A stretch of 64,000 nt of DNA from the NCBI GenBank assembly GCA_963754315.1, contig CAVWFS010000019.1, positions 576,001 through 640,000 on the forward strand, read 5' to 3'. The DNA comes from an uncultured Candidatus Rokubacteria bacterium. GTDB taxonomy: Bacteria > Methylomirabilota > Methylomirabilia > Rokubacteriales > CSP1-6. Shown here in pieces: positions 49,680-60,429 of the stretch. The notes under the pieces are model-generated. The model was not told where the DNA came from and made no database searches. It saw nothing but the letters and a program-made list of their open reading frames with translations. The stretch's first letter is position 1. Every line of letters begins with the position of its first letter. A program made the position numbers and the translations under genes.

Positions 49680-50414
49680 GGCTCTCGATCTTTGACGCGG
49701 CGGCGCGGTGGACCCAAGATGTGCCCGCGTGTAGTGACGCGACGCCGAGCGCGAGCTTCGCTCGCCATCAGGGGAGCGGCCTGAGCCCCATGATGGTGCC
49801 TCAGTCGCCGACACCCTTCACGGTGACTGGGACCACGATGCTCCCATCAAAGCCTCGGACGGTGACCTCGATGGTGGCCGTCCCGACGCCGGTCGCCACA
49901 ACGGTCTGCGCTCCGGTGACGGTGTTGGCCAGGAAGGTCACGATGGGGTCTTCTTTGTGACAAGGAGGTTTCAAAGTGAGCCGCGCGCGAACCGCGGCCT
50001 TTTGCTGTACTATCGAGCTATGAAAATAACCGATCCAGGGGAACAACCGCAACATCGTCGCCACTTCCCGTGGTGTCAAGCGACGAGCGGATCCGTCTTA
50101 CAGCCGCGTATAAATCGGGCCTCATTTCGGGCTGGGCGATCGATCAGGAGCACGGTTATCGACTCACGCTTGCGGACCACCGGGACGAGTACGTGGAGGT
50201 AGCAAAGCTGACCGCGTATTTGGATGGCCTGCGGAAGAAGCTGCTCTGAATCGTGACCTTCGTGTGGTGCAGGTACGCTTGCTGATGCCGCGCTGACGCG
50301 TGGTAGGGGCGGTCGCCGGCGTCAGCGACGTGACGTCCGCGACGACCGCTGTCAGTCGATTCATCCAACGTCAACAAATTGTGCTTCTTCGAGAGCCTCG
50401 GGGAGCTTGATCGA

Positions 50415-50588
50415 GACTGCCCGGGCGAGGCGACACCCGGCGAGCGACCGTCTTGCTTTGCACGCGCGGCTTCTGGGCGATAGGCGCTGCCGATCCGCCA
50501 ATACTGCACCAGCAGCCGTTGCGGACACCGGTCTTGCTGAACAGGTCCTCGAGCGCCGTCCACAGAGCGGGCGGATCGCGAGCTTCAT
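50415..50588 (-). pseudogene. GNAT acetyltransferase remnant with internal deletion
   Basis: MKLAIRPL / LWTALEDLF..GVRNGCWC / YWRIGSAYR joined almost directly to C-terminal KTVARRVSPRP; several frameshifts. Confidence 0.55.
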
Positions 50589-50706
50589 GCATAGAGACTG
50601 CATTTGAGGCGTGAAGCAAATGACGAGGCGATTGGAAGGCGCTCAAGATCGAGCCCATCAGACAGCAATCGTTTTTCGCGACGCGAACCAGACTCGGGGC
50701 CCGTCG

Positions 50707-51876
50707 TCACATCACCCGCATCATGATCCGACGGCGCTCAACTAGGAGGAGACCCCCGAGGGCAATCACGGTGAGCGCGGCGGCGGTCGCGAACGCGGCC
50801 CCATAGGAGGCGTGCTCGACGATGGCCGCGATCGAGAGCGATCCGGCAAAGACCCCGAGGTCCCACGCTCCCGAGACCGTGCCCATGGCCACTCCGCGCT
50901 CGCGGTCAGGGACCCGGTCGACCACCAGGGCCACCAGCATCGGATAGAGGGCGGAGCTGCCGGCAGCGAGCAGCACGGCGGCGGCGGCCAGACGGAGCGG
51001 TACAGGCGGCGGGATCAGCACAGCGAAGCCCAGCGCCAGAAGGCCGAGCGCCGGCACCAGGATCTGGCTCCGTCCCCAGCGGTCTGCCCTCGCCGAGACC
51101 GCAATCCGGAAGACGATCATTCCGGCCGAGTAGACGCCGAAGAACAAGGCGAGGTGCCGCTCCTGACCGGAGGCGGTGGCGTGGAGCGGCAGGAACGCGT
51201 AGAGCGCGCTCTGCCCCATGGCCGCGAAGACCAGCACGGCGGACAAGGGCAGTGCGCCGCGGCTCCAGAGCGGGCTCGCACCGAGGGCGGGGGCCACCCT
51301 GCGACCCGCCGCCGCCGTGCCCGGCGAGAAGCCGAAGGCTGCAGCGACCAGGCTTAGCGCAGTCACCATCGCGAAATTGGCGCCGGCGCCGACTTCGCGA
51401 AAAAACCAGAGGCCGAGCGGCGCTGCCACGGCCATCGAGACGGGCGCTGCCAAGTAGTAGACGCTCAGCGCTCGGCCCCGCCGTTCGGGCGGAGCGCTCG
51501 CGGCCAGGACCGCCGCTGCCATCGTCGCCAGCCCGTAGCCCACCCCAAAGCCGGCCATTACCCCGATCAGGATTGAGGGCCCGGTGGCCACCTGGAGCCC
51601 GAGCGAACTCAGCACCATGAGCGTGGCCCCGGGAAGGAGGGCACGGCGGACTCCCTGCCGATCGATCCACGCCCCCGCCGCCGGCCGCAGCACCACTGCC
51701 ACCAGAGAGAACATCGAGAAGAGAAGGCCGACCTGGGTGCTGGTGCCGCCCAGGGCCACCAGGTGGAGCGACAGCACGGGCGTGAGCCCGTAGACGGCGA
51801 GGTGGGACGCAACGCTGATCCCCACCGCCGTCGCCAGCGGCAGGGGGATCGCCTCGACGAGGGCGGCGATTCTCAC
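50707..51876 (-). CDS. MFS transporter
   Basis: About 12 TM segments; GAWIDRQG.R, PPERRGRA, ADRWGR, PDRERGVAMG; start taken at in-frame GTG 51876. Confidence 0.9.
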   Translation of the reverse strand: MRIAALVEAIPLPLATAVGISVASHLAVYGLTPVLSLHLVALGGTSTQVGLLFSMFSLVAVVLRPAAGAWIDRQGVRRALLPGATLMVLSSLGLQVATGPSILIGVMAGFGVGYGLATMAAAVLAASAPPERRGRALSVYYLAAPVSMAVAAPLGLWFFREVGAGANFAMVTALSLVAAAFGFSPGTAAAGRRVAPALGASPLWSRGALPLSAVLVFAAMGQSALYAFLPLHATASGQERHLALFFGVYSAGMIVFRIAVSARADRWGRSQILVPALGLLALGFAVLIPPPVPLRLAAAAVLLAAGSSALYPMLVALVVDRVPDRERGVAMGTVSGAWDLGVFAGSLSIAAIVEHASYGAAFATAAALTVIALGGLLLVERRRIMMRVM

Positions 51877-51904
51877 GCGCCCGCGCGGGCGGCTGGAACG
51901 AACG

Positions 51905-52174
51905 TCACTGGAGCTTATAGATCGCGATTCCAGCGAGTCGCGGCGAAGGCAGGCCGATATCGACGGAATGGAGCCCTTCCGCCCATGGGTACCCGTCACC
52001 CTCGCCTTTGACGACGCGACCGTCCGTGGGCCTGGGCCAGGCGCGCAACGAACTGCCGATGCTCGTGTGCTCGGTGTGCAGGGTGTGCAGGTCGACCTCG
52101 GGAAGCATCCAGAACCGCGCCGTGGAATCGCGGATGTCGGTCTTCATGATGGCCGTGGTCCGCAGAGTGGTCAT
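51905..52174 (-). CDS. Small hypothetical protein
   Basis: ORF with GC-typical codons; no recognised motif. Confidence 0.35.
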   Translation of the reverse strand: MTTLRTTAIMKTDIRDSTARFWMLPEVDLHTLHTEHTSIGSSLRAWPRPTDGRVVKGEGDGYPWAEGLHSVDIGLPSPRLAGIAIYKLQ

Positions 52175-52325
52175 TGATGACTCGGTGCGCCTACCCTACG
52201 GCGGAGGGACCCCGATGAGCAAGGGTCCGCTACGTCGTGACCAACGCGAGGTCCGTGAGGTTGCGATCTTCGTGTCCTAAAACCTGTCCGCGGTCATCCA
52301 CCCTGGTGCCGCCCGCGTGGTGTAA

Positions 52326-53402
<1,077 letters not shown>

Positions 53403-53410
53403 CCGCGCGC

Positions 53411-53905
53411 ATGCTCGGGCGGGCCTACCGGGGGCTGCTCCATGCCGAGGCGGTGGCGGCGGCACTCATCTTGGGCCTTCTCGCCCTGCTCGTCACCGGC
53501 GATGTGCTCGCGCGCAATCTGGGTCTCGGCACCTTGCCCTGGATCCTCGAGGTGTCCGAGTACGGCCTGCCGCTGGCGACCTTCCTGGTGGCGCCGTGGC
53601 TCCTGCACCGGAACGAGCACGTGAGGCTCGACGTGCTGCTCACATCTCTGCCGCACGGGGTCGCCCGCGCCCTCGACCGCTTCTCCGACGCGGTGGGCCT
53701 GGCTGTCTCCGCCATCTTCGTCGTCTACGGCGCGCGGGCGGTCGCCAGCTCGGCGCAGCAAGGCGCGCTGGTCATCAAGTCCGTGGTGTTCCCGGAGTGG
53801 TGGCTCTACGCCCCGGTGCCGATCTGCTTCGCCTTCCTCGCCGTCGAGTTCGTGCGCCGCTTCCTCGGCTGGGGCGCGCTCGAAGGCAGCGGCCCGCACG
53901 CCTGA
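53411..53905 (+). CDS. dctQ: TRAP transporter small permease
   Basis: Four TM segments, DVLARN, EVSEY, HVRLD, PEWW. Confidence 0.88.
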   Translation: MLGRAYRGLLHAEAVAAALILGLLALLVTGDVLARNLGLGTLPWILEVSEYGLPLATFLVAPWLLHRNEHVRLDVLLTSLPHGVARALDRFSDAVGLAVSAIFVVYGARAVASSAQQGALVIKSVVFPEWWLYAPVPICFAFLAVEFVRRFLGWGALEGSGPHA

Positions 53906-53929
53906 GCGCGGGCCCCCCCGACCTTTCTC

Positions 53930-55249
53930 ATGGTCTGGTGGCTCGCGGCGACCGTCCTCTTCGGTATTCTGTCGGGGCTACTCGCGGTCGGATTGCCCGC
54001 CGCCTTCGCCTTCCTCGGCATCAACGTGGTGGGGGCCTGGGTGTGGCTCGGCAAGGACGCCGGGCTCGTCCAGATGATTCGGAACGGGGTGGCTTCCATC
54101 GCGAGCTTCTCCCTCACGCCCATCCCGTTCTTCGTGCTCATGGGCGAGGTGCTCTTCCATACCGGCGTGGCCATGAAGGCCATCGACGCCATCGACCGGC
54201 TCATCGCGCGCGTGCCCGGCCGCCTGTCGGTGGTAGCAGTGGTGGCCGGCACCGTGTTCTCGGCCATCTCGGGCTCCACCATCGCGACGACGGCGTTGCT
54301 GGGCAGTCTCATGCTTCCCGAGATGCTCCGCCGGGGCTATCAGCCAGGCATGGCCATGGGCCCCATCATGGCCATCGGGGGCGTGGACATGTTGATCCCG
54401 CCCTCCGCGCTCACCGTGCTGTTGGGCAGCCTGGCCGGTATCTCCATCTCGCGCTTGCTGCTCGCCGGCATCGTCCCCGGGGTGCTCCTCGCCGTGGCCT
54501 TCGTGGGCTATATCGTTGTTCGCGCCACCTTGGATCCGCGCCTGGCACCGGTGTTCGAGCAGGCTCCGGTGCACGGCTGGGGCCGCTGGCGGCCCCTCGC
54601 CGTCTACGTGCTGCCCCTGGTGCTGATCTTCGTGGTCGTCATCCTGGCCATGGCGGCGGGCTGGGCCACCCCCACTGAGTCCGCCGCACTGGGGGCCGTC
54701 GCCACCGTGCTCGTGGCCGCACTCTACCGCGCGCTGACGTGGGATGGGCTCATGAAGGCCCTTCTCGGGACGGCGGGCATCTCGGGAGTCATCCTTTTCA
54801 TCATCGTAGGCGCGACGACATTTTCCCAGATCCTGACATTCTCGGGGGCGACCAACGGCCTGGTGACGGCCGTGCAGGAGGCGAGGTTCGGCCCGGCGGT
54901 CGTGCTCGCGGTCATGATGCTCATCCTGCTCGTGCTGGGCTGCTTCATCGACCAGGTCAGCATGATGCTGATCACCTTGCCCTTCTTCATGCCGCTCGTG
55001 CAGCTCTACGGCTTCGACCCGGTGTGGTTCGGCGTCCTGTTCCTCATCTGCATGCAGCTCGGCCTCCTGACCCCACCCTTCGGCATGCTCCTTTTCACCA
55101 TGAAAAGCGTGGCCCCCCGCGCCATCACCATGAGTCAGATCTTCGGGGCGGTGACGCCCTACGTGCTGCTGGGGCTTCTCATGCTGGCGCTGGTGGCAGC
55201 GTTCCCGCCCCTCGCCACGTGGCTTCCGGCGGTGCTCATGGGGAAGTGA
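53930..55249 (+). CDS. dctM: TRAP transporter large permease
   Basis: PIPFFVLMGE, AISGS, LIPPS, TPTESAA, LTPPFG. Confidence 0.93.
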   Translation: MVWWLAATVLFGILSGLLAVGLPAAFAFLGINVVGAWVWLGKDAGLVQMIRNGVASIASFSLTPIPFFVLMGEVLFHTGVAMKAIDAIDRLIARVPGRLSVVAVVAGTVFSAISGSTIATTALLGSLMLPEMLRRGYQPGMAMGPIMAIGGVDMLIPPSALTVLLGSLAGISISRLLLAGIVPGVLLAVAFVGYIVVRATLDPRLAPVFEQAPVHGWGRWRPLAVYVLPLVLIFVVVILAMAAGWATPTESAALGAVATVLVAALYRALTWDGLMKALLGTAGISGVILFIIVGATTFSQILTFSGATNGLVTAVQEARFGPAVVLAVMMLILLVLGCFIDQVSMMLITLPFFMPLVQLYGFDPVWFGVLFLICMQLGLLTPPFGMLLFTMKSVAPRAITMSQIFGAVTPYVLLGLLMLALVAAFPPLATWLPAVLMGK

Positions 55250-55412
55250 AGAGCATCGGCAGCGCGCGGACGATCTCGGCGGCCACAGCAAGGTGCCCGC
55301 GGCCGATATCGGCGCGATCAGAACCACCTTCATGCCGCGGTGATTCCTTCCGGCCAGCTGGGACGTTCAAGGCGCCACGATGCACGTGCTAAGGTGAGCC
55401 CGAGTATCAGAC

Positions 55413-55874
55413 ATGGCCAAGGGCGGGCGCGGACGACACGACGATCCGACACTCCCCGCGGGTATGCCCGGGGAGCCACACGACAGCGTGGCCAGGTCGC
55501 TGCTCGAGGCGCGCGTCGCGGGGCTGGTCGCGCTCTATCGGTTCGGATCTTCCGTCGAGGGCGGCTTGCGCCCGGACAGCGATCTCGACTATGCCGTCCT
55601 CGCGCGTAACCGCCTAGATCCCGTTCAGCGGTTCGAGATCCAGGAGGATCTCGCGTCTTGTCTGCGGCGTCCCGTGGACCTCGTCGATCTTCGGAGCGCG
55701 TCGACCGTGCTGCGGGCGCAGGTGATCTCGCGTGGAGTCGCCCTCGTTGTCCGCGATCCGGCGGAGGCGGAGCGCTTCGAGATAGCGGCCTATGCCGCCT
55801 ACGCGCGGCTCAACGAGGAGCGGCGCGAGATCCTGGCCCAGATCGCTCGCGAAGGGACGGTCTATGGTCGATGA
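55413..55874 (+). CDS. mntA: MntA-type minimal nucleotidyltransferase antitoxin (start may be 55464)
   Basis: YRFGS......SDLDYAV, VDLVDL, YARLNEERREIL. Confidence 0.85.
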   Translation: MAKGGRGRHDDPTLPAGMPGEPHDSVARSLLEARVAGLVALYRFGSSVEGGLRPDSDLDYAVLARNRLDPVQRFEIQEDLASCLRRPVDLVDLRSASTVLRAQVISRGVALVVRDPAEAERFEIAAYAAYARLNEERREILAQIAREGTVYGR

Positions 55875-56283
55875 CGTCATCCTCAACAAGGTGGCCATCG
55901 TGGAGCGGTGCCTGGCCCGCATCCAGGAGGAATACGCGGGCGACGAGCGCAATCTCCGCGCGAACCTCACCCGGCAGGACTCGATCATCCTCAACCTGCA
56001 GCGCGCTTGCGAGGCGGCGATCGACCTGGCCATGGCGCTCGTGAATGCTCGGCGTCTCGGGCTGCCCCAGGAGAGCCGCCACGCGTTCGAATTGCTGCGC
56101 GATGCGGGCCTGCTCGATGGGGAGCTGGCCGCGCGCATGGCCAGAATGGTCGGATTCCGCAACGTGGCTGTGCACGACTATCAGCGCCTGAACCTCGATG
56201 TTGTCAAATCCATCGTCACGGAGCGCCTCGGCGACTTCCAGGACTTTGCCCGGCGTGCCCTGGAGATCTCCAGGGCGAGATGA
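55864..56283 (+). CDS. hepT: HepT (DUF86/HEPN) RNase toxin
   Basis: LNLQRACEAAIDLA, MVGFRNVAVHDY (Rx4HxY); overlaps the antitoxin gene. Confidence 0.9.
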   Translation: MVDDVILNKVAIVERCLARIQEEYAGDERNLRANLTRQDSIILNLQRACEAAIDLAMALVNARRLGLPQESRHAFELLRDAGLLDGELAARMARMVGFRNVAVHDYQRLNLDVVKSIVTERLGDFQDFARRALEISRAR

Positions 56284-56466
56284 AAGGGCTGGGGCTCGCC
56301 TTCAGCATCCCCCTTCTCCTCGATAAGCTCGTCAGGGCGCGCGCGATGCTCTGACCGTGCTGGGAGGCCGCAGGCTCTTCGAGGAGCGCAGACGCCTCGT
56401 GGATCCACCGACGTGGTCAAAATTCTCCACGGAACCAAGCCCGGCGATCTCCCCGTCGAGGAACCG
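56280..56466 (+). pseudogene. Fragments of the C-terminus of an ABC_sub_bind-type substrate-binding protein
   Basis: KGLGLAFSIPLL (cf. KALGLTIP..LL) at 56280 and VVKILHGTKPGDLPVEEP (cf. VDKILKGAKPGDLPVEQP) at about 56410. Confidence 0.5.
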
Positions 56467-56922
56467 CAGATTCATTCGACCGCACTCATAGGCGCTACCG
56501 CACGAACACCTTGGCGACGCGTACCAGATGCCCGCGGACGAACGCCTCCCCGCCTATTCAAGGCGTGTAGCCGGAGCACGGCCCCGGCTACGCACCTCGG
56601 AGGCGCGACGGATCGCTTCGTCCACTTCTGTCTCGGGGGCGACGAGGGGACGGCAACGGTGGCTTCGGCTAGAGTCCGCGGCTGTTGGCAGGCTTCTCAG
56701 CCTCTACTCACTTGCCCGGCACACGCACGCGCATACAGCTGCCGGCTTTCTCCACTTGGCCACCGCCATAGTCGCAGTTGACCCTCACAGTGTTGTCACC
56801 GTCTTCGCAAATAGCTCCCCTGGGCGACTCCCTCACTGGTAGGCGCCTGTCATTCCTCGTGCCCTTTGAGGCTCTCCAGACGTTGCCGTTGGCCTACTCG
56901 ACATCGGTTGTTGTCGTCACCA

Positions 56923-57320
56923 ATTCCGATTCCTGGGAGATGGCCCGCAATTAGGTAGGTGGCGAGAGAGCTTTCCCCCAGCCTGTGGGCTGGCCAGTGC
57001 CCGGGAGGATCACCGTGAAGAATGTATTTGCCGTCTGCCCGCGGCCACCTTGCAGACCACAAATTGAACGGGGCCGAATTGCGGCGCCATGGGCGGGCCT
57101 TGGGCCGGCGGGGGATCGGTTGGCGGGGGATCGGTTGTTGCCGCCACCGATTCCGGTTCCGGGAACGGCCCGCAATCAGGTAGTGGACGAGAGCGCTTTC
57201 CCCCAGCCTGTGGATTGGCCAGTGCCCGGGAGGATCACGGTGAAGAAGGTATCTTGCCCGGCGTCCTCACCAGCGTCTACCTTGCAGACCACAAATTGAA
57301 CGGGGCCGAATTGCGGCACC
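56923..57320. repeat. Imperfect ~165-bp direct repeat (about 56923-57088 and 57150-57320)
   Basis: Shared blocks GCTTTCCCCCAGCCTGTGG, TGGCCAGTGCCCGGGAGGATCAC, ACCTTGCAGACCACAAATTGAACGGGGCCGAATTGCGGC. Confidence 0.9.
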
Positions 57321-57455
57321 GGGGGCGGCGGCGTCGGGCTCCTCTGCGTACCCGGATTCAATCAACGCCCCGCTGATGAGGCCTGCGAACACCAGGGCCA
57401 CCATTGGCGCCAGTAATGACCAACAAATATTGCGCCTGCGAACACGAGTCTTCAT
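56923..57455 (-). pseudogene. Secreted protein with a duplicated ~50-aa Cys-containing domain and Pro-rich linker, frameshifted
   Basis: Signal peptide MKTRVRRRNICW...SGYAEEP; two copies of PQFGPVQFVVCKV...TFFTVILPGTGQxTGWGKALS. Confidence 0.55.
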
Positions 57456-57927
57456 TGTTTCCCTCTCTATTTTCGTTCGAGTCTGCAGACAGTGGTGCAC
57501 GCTGCTACGTCCAGGGCGTTCTCAGAATATCCGTGGCCGTCTGGGCTATCCTCAGAGTACGCGAGTGCAGGGCGGACCGCGCACTCGACTTCCTTTGAGC
57601 GACACGTATTCGTGCGGGGGATAGGATGACATCCAACGGCGAAGAAGATTGACCTCGGAAGGGCTGGCCCAAACAAATGATCGTTTGACAGAGACGCTTC
57701 AAAGACCACACATGAATACAATAGCCGTGCGGCCCCGTCCGCCCGCCAAAGATAATTGCTCCAACCTCTGCACTGTGCCAACCGCGATCGCGAAAGTTGG
57801 TACCCCAAACACGCGACGAGCATAAACGTGACGGCAACACCTAATTCGGATGTCTCCAAAAAGCTCATAGCATATGCTGTTTCGTCGCTGGCATAGAGGC
57901 TGCACAGCGGTGTCCCGGAGCACCGCT

Positions 57928-58335
57928 CGGACTATTTTTTCACCTTCGCCCACAACTGGGATTCGTCACCCACCGGGCACGTCACATTCTGCGCACGACC
58001 GACGGCGGCAAACATGGCAGCCCGTGTACCGATGCAGGATCACGCCGGAAATTCGCGGGCTCACTCGCGACGCCGAGTGTTACATGGACCAAGTCCATTT
58101 CCCCACCGCGACCGTAGGCTACGCGATCGGCGGCCCCCTGCCAGAGAAGTCGGGCAACGTCCTGTTACGCGTGAAGGATGGAAAGGCGGCAAGAGCTGGG
58201 TGTCGCGGAGACATCGCCTTCCCCTGGTCGCCATTCATCGTTGCCGGCGCGGGACCGCGGCTACGCTGCCGGCAACCACGGTATGGTCTATCGCTACCGC
58301 GTCGTTCCCATCGACTGACACATCAAAGGGCATGA
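57928..58335 (+). pseudogene. Remnant of a BNR/Asp-box (YCF48-like) beta-propeller protein
   Basis: ILRTTDGGK(T)W across a frameshift, VHFPTATVGYAIGG, DG..GKSW. Confidence 0.55.
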
Positions 58336-58452
58336 TCGCCGCACCGTCGATTGCAGCGGCTAGGTAGTCGGCGAGAGGGTCTCGGCGATCCGCCTCGGTG
58401 AGCGGCGGTGGCCCAGCCGGGCGCGGTCGCCGGCGATGCTAGACTCTTCGGC

Positions 58453-59640
58453 GTGAGCCTGCCGCTCGAGGGCACGGTGGTGGTCGACCTCACCCAGAAC
58501 GTGGCGGGGCCGTTTTGCACCCAGATCCTGGGTGACATGGGGGCCGAGGTCATCAAGATCGAGCGGCCCGGTCGCGGCGACGATGCGCGCGCGTGGGCTC
58601 CTCCCTACTGGGGGGATGAGAGCGCGGTTTTCATGGCCTTCAACCGCAACAAGCGCAGTCTCTCCCTCGACCTCAAGCGCGATGGGGGCCTGGACGTGCT
58701 CCGGCGGCTGGTCGGCCGCGCCGACGTCTTCGTACAGAGCCTGCGGGCGGGTGCCATCGAAGAGCTCGGACTCGATTTCGCCGGGGCCACCGCCGCCAAT
58801 CCCCGCCTTGTGTACTGCGCCATCACCGCCTTCGGGACCGAGGGACCGTTGCGAGATCTGCCGGGCTACGATCCGCTCATGCAGGCGTATGGCGGGCTCA
58901 TGTCCGTGAACGGCCACCCCGGGCACGAGCCGGCCCGGGTAGGAACTTCCATCGTCGATATGGGGACCGGCATGTGGGCCGCCCTCGGCATCGTGGCGGC
59001 CCTCCGCGAGCGCGATGCGACGGGACGCGCGGTCGAGGTCACCACCGCCCTGTTCGAGACCGCCCTCATGTGGGTGTCGTATCACGCCATGGGATATCTC
59101 GGCACCAACGAGGTCCCGCAGCCTCAGGGCTCCGGCACGGCCATGATCGCGCCCTATCAGGCTTTTCCAACAGCCGACGGCTACGCGATGATCGCCGCCG
59201 GCTCCGACTCGCTTTTCGTGCGCCTCGCCGAGGCCCTGGGGGCACCGGAGCTGGCCACCGATCTTCGGTTCAAGGACAATCCCTCACGCGTTCGGCACCG
59301 CCCCGCCCTGGTGGAGGCACTGTCGGTCTTAACGCGGCGGTGGTCGTCAGCCCAGATCGTCGACACCTTGCGGGCCGCGGGAGTACCCAGCGCTCCCATT
59401 CTCACGGTGGACGCCGCCCTCGCCGAGCCGCAAACGAAGGCGATCGGCATGCTGGTGGGGGCGCCCCATCCTCGCCTTCCCGACTATGCGAGCCTCGGCT
59501 TGCCGATCCGTTGGAACGGGGAGCGGCCGCACGTACGACGCGTTCCACCGCGGCTCGGCGAGCACTCCACCGATGTCCTCACCTGGCTCGGCTACACCCT
59601 CGACGACGTGCGCGCTCTCCGCCGCCAGGGAATCATCTGA
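58453..59640 (+). CDS. CoA-transferase family III (CaiB/BaiF)
   Basis: DLTQNVAGP, GAEVIKIE, NRNKRSL.LDLK, GYDPLMQA, D..TG, PRLGEH. Confidence 0.94.
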   Translation: MSLPLEGTVVVDLTQNVAGPFCTQILGDMGAEVIKIERPGRGDDARAWAPPYWGDESAVFMAFNRNKRSLSLDLKRDGGLDVLRRLVGRADVFVQSLRAGAIEELGLDFAGATAANPRLVYCAITAFGTEGPLRDLPGYDPLMQAYGGLMSVNGHPGHEPARVGTSIVDMGTGMWAALGIVAALRERDATGRAVEVTTALFETALMWVSYHAMGYLGTNEVPQPQGSGTAMIAPYQAFPTADGYAMIAAGSDSLFVRLAEALGAPELATDLRFKDNPSRVRHRPALVEALSVLTRRWSSAQIVDTLRAAGVPSAPILTVDAALAEPQTKAIGMLVGAPHPRLPDYASLGLPIRWNGERPHVRRVPPRLGEHSTDVLTWLGYTLDDVRALRRQGII

Positions 59641-60425
59641 TGTACCGGACCTTGCTGGCGGACCGTACCGCGAACGGCCACATCGTCACCGTGACCTTGA
59701 ATCGCCCGGATCTGATGAACGCCATGAACACGGCGATGGGTGAGGATCTGCGAGTGTGCTTCGGGGCGCTCCACGGTGACGCAGACGTGCGCGCCGTGAT
59801 CTTCACGGGCGCCGGGGACCGCGCCTTCTGTGCCGGCGGCGATCTGAAGGAACGCAACGACATGACGGACGCCGCCTGGCGAGCCCAGCACGTCATATTC
59901 GAGCAAGCCGCCTTCGCCGTGCTCGCCTGCCCGGTACCGGTCATTGCGGCCGTGGAAGGCTTCGCCCTGGCCGGCGGCTGCGAGCTGGCCCTGCTGTCCG
60001 ACTTCATCGTGGCCGGGGAGACGGCGGTCTTCGGTCTCCCCGAGACGACCCTCGGAATCTTTCCGGGCATCGGCGGCACCCAGCTCCTGCCCCGCGTGCT
60101 TGGCGCGCCCCTGGCCAAGGAGCTGATCTTCACCGGTCGCCGCATGAAGGTGGACGAGGCCAAGGCGGCGGGGCTCGTCAATCACGTGGTGCCCGCCGGG
60201 CAGGCGCGAACGAAGGCGATGGAGATCGCTCGTGCGGTGGCGGCCAACGGCCCCGTCGCCGTTCGGCAAGCCAAGAAGGCCATCATGGCGGGACTCGACC
60301 GCGACCTCGAGTCGGCCATCAACCTTGCCATCGAGGCCTACAATGTAACGGTCGAGACGGAGGACCGGCTGGAAGGCGTCAGGGCCTTCAACGAGAAGCG
60401 CAAACCCGAGTTCAGAGGACGGTAG
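59640..60425 (+). CDS. Enoyl-CoA hydratase/isomerase
   Basis: LNRP..MNA, AFCAGGDLKE, ALAGGCELAL, PE..LGIFPG.GGTQ, EDRLEG..AF.EKR.P. Confidence 0.94.
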   Translation: MYRTLLADRTANGHIVTVTLNRPDLMNAMNTAMGEDLRVCFGALHGDADVRAVIFTGAGDRAFCAGGDLKERNDMTDAAWRAQHVIFEQAAFAVLACPVPVIAAVEGFALAGGCELALLSDFIVAGETAVFGLPETTLGIFPGIGGTQLLPRVLGAPLAKELIFTGRRMKVDEAKAAGLVNHVVPAGQARTKAMEIARAVAANGPVAVRQAKKAIMAGLDRDLESAINLAIEAYNVTVETEDRLEGVRAFNEKRKPEFRGR

Positions 60426-60429
60426 ACCC

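Noticed and set aside
49801..50079. 92-aa minus-strand ORF
   Set aside because: Only the last ~45 codons look protein-like (beta-rich); no credible start, so at most an unassignable remnant
57176..57178. In-frame TGA as a third selenocysteine
   Set aside because: The equivalent position in the other repeat copy is TAA, there is no redox motif, and a frameshift explains the continuation
57467..57953. ORFs in the AT-richer stretch
   Set aside because: Atypical codon usage, mutually overlapping, no motifs or RBS
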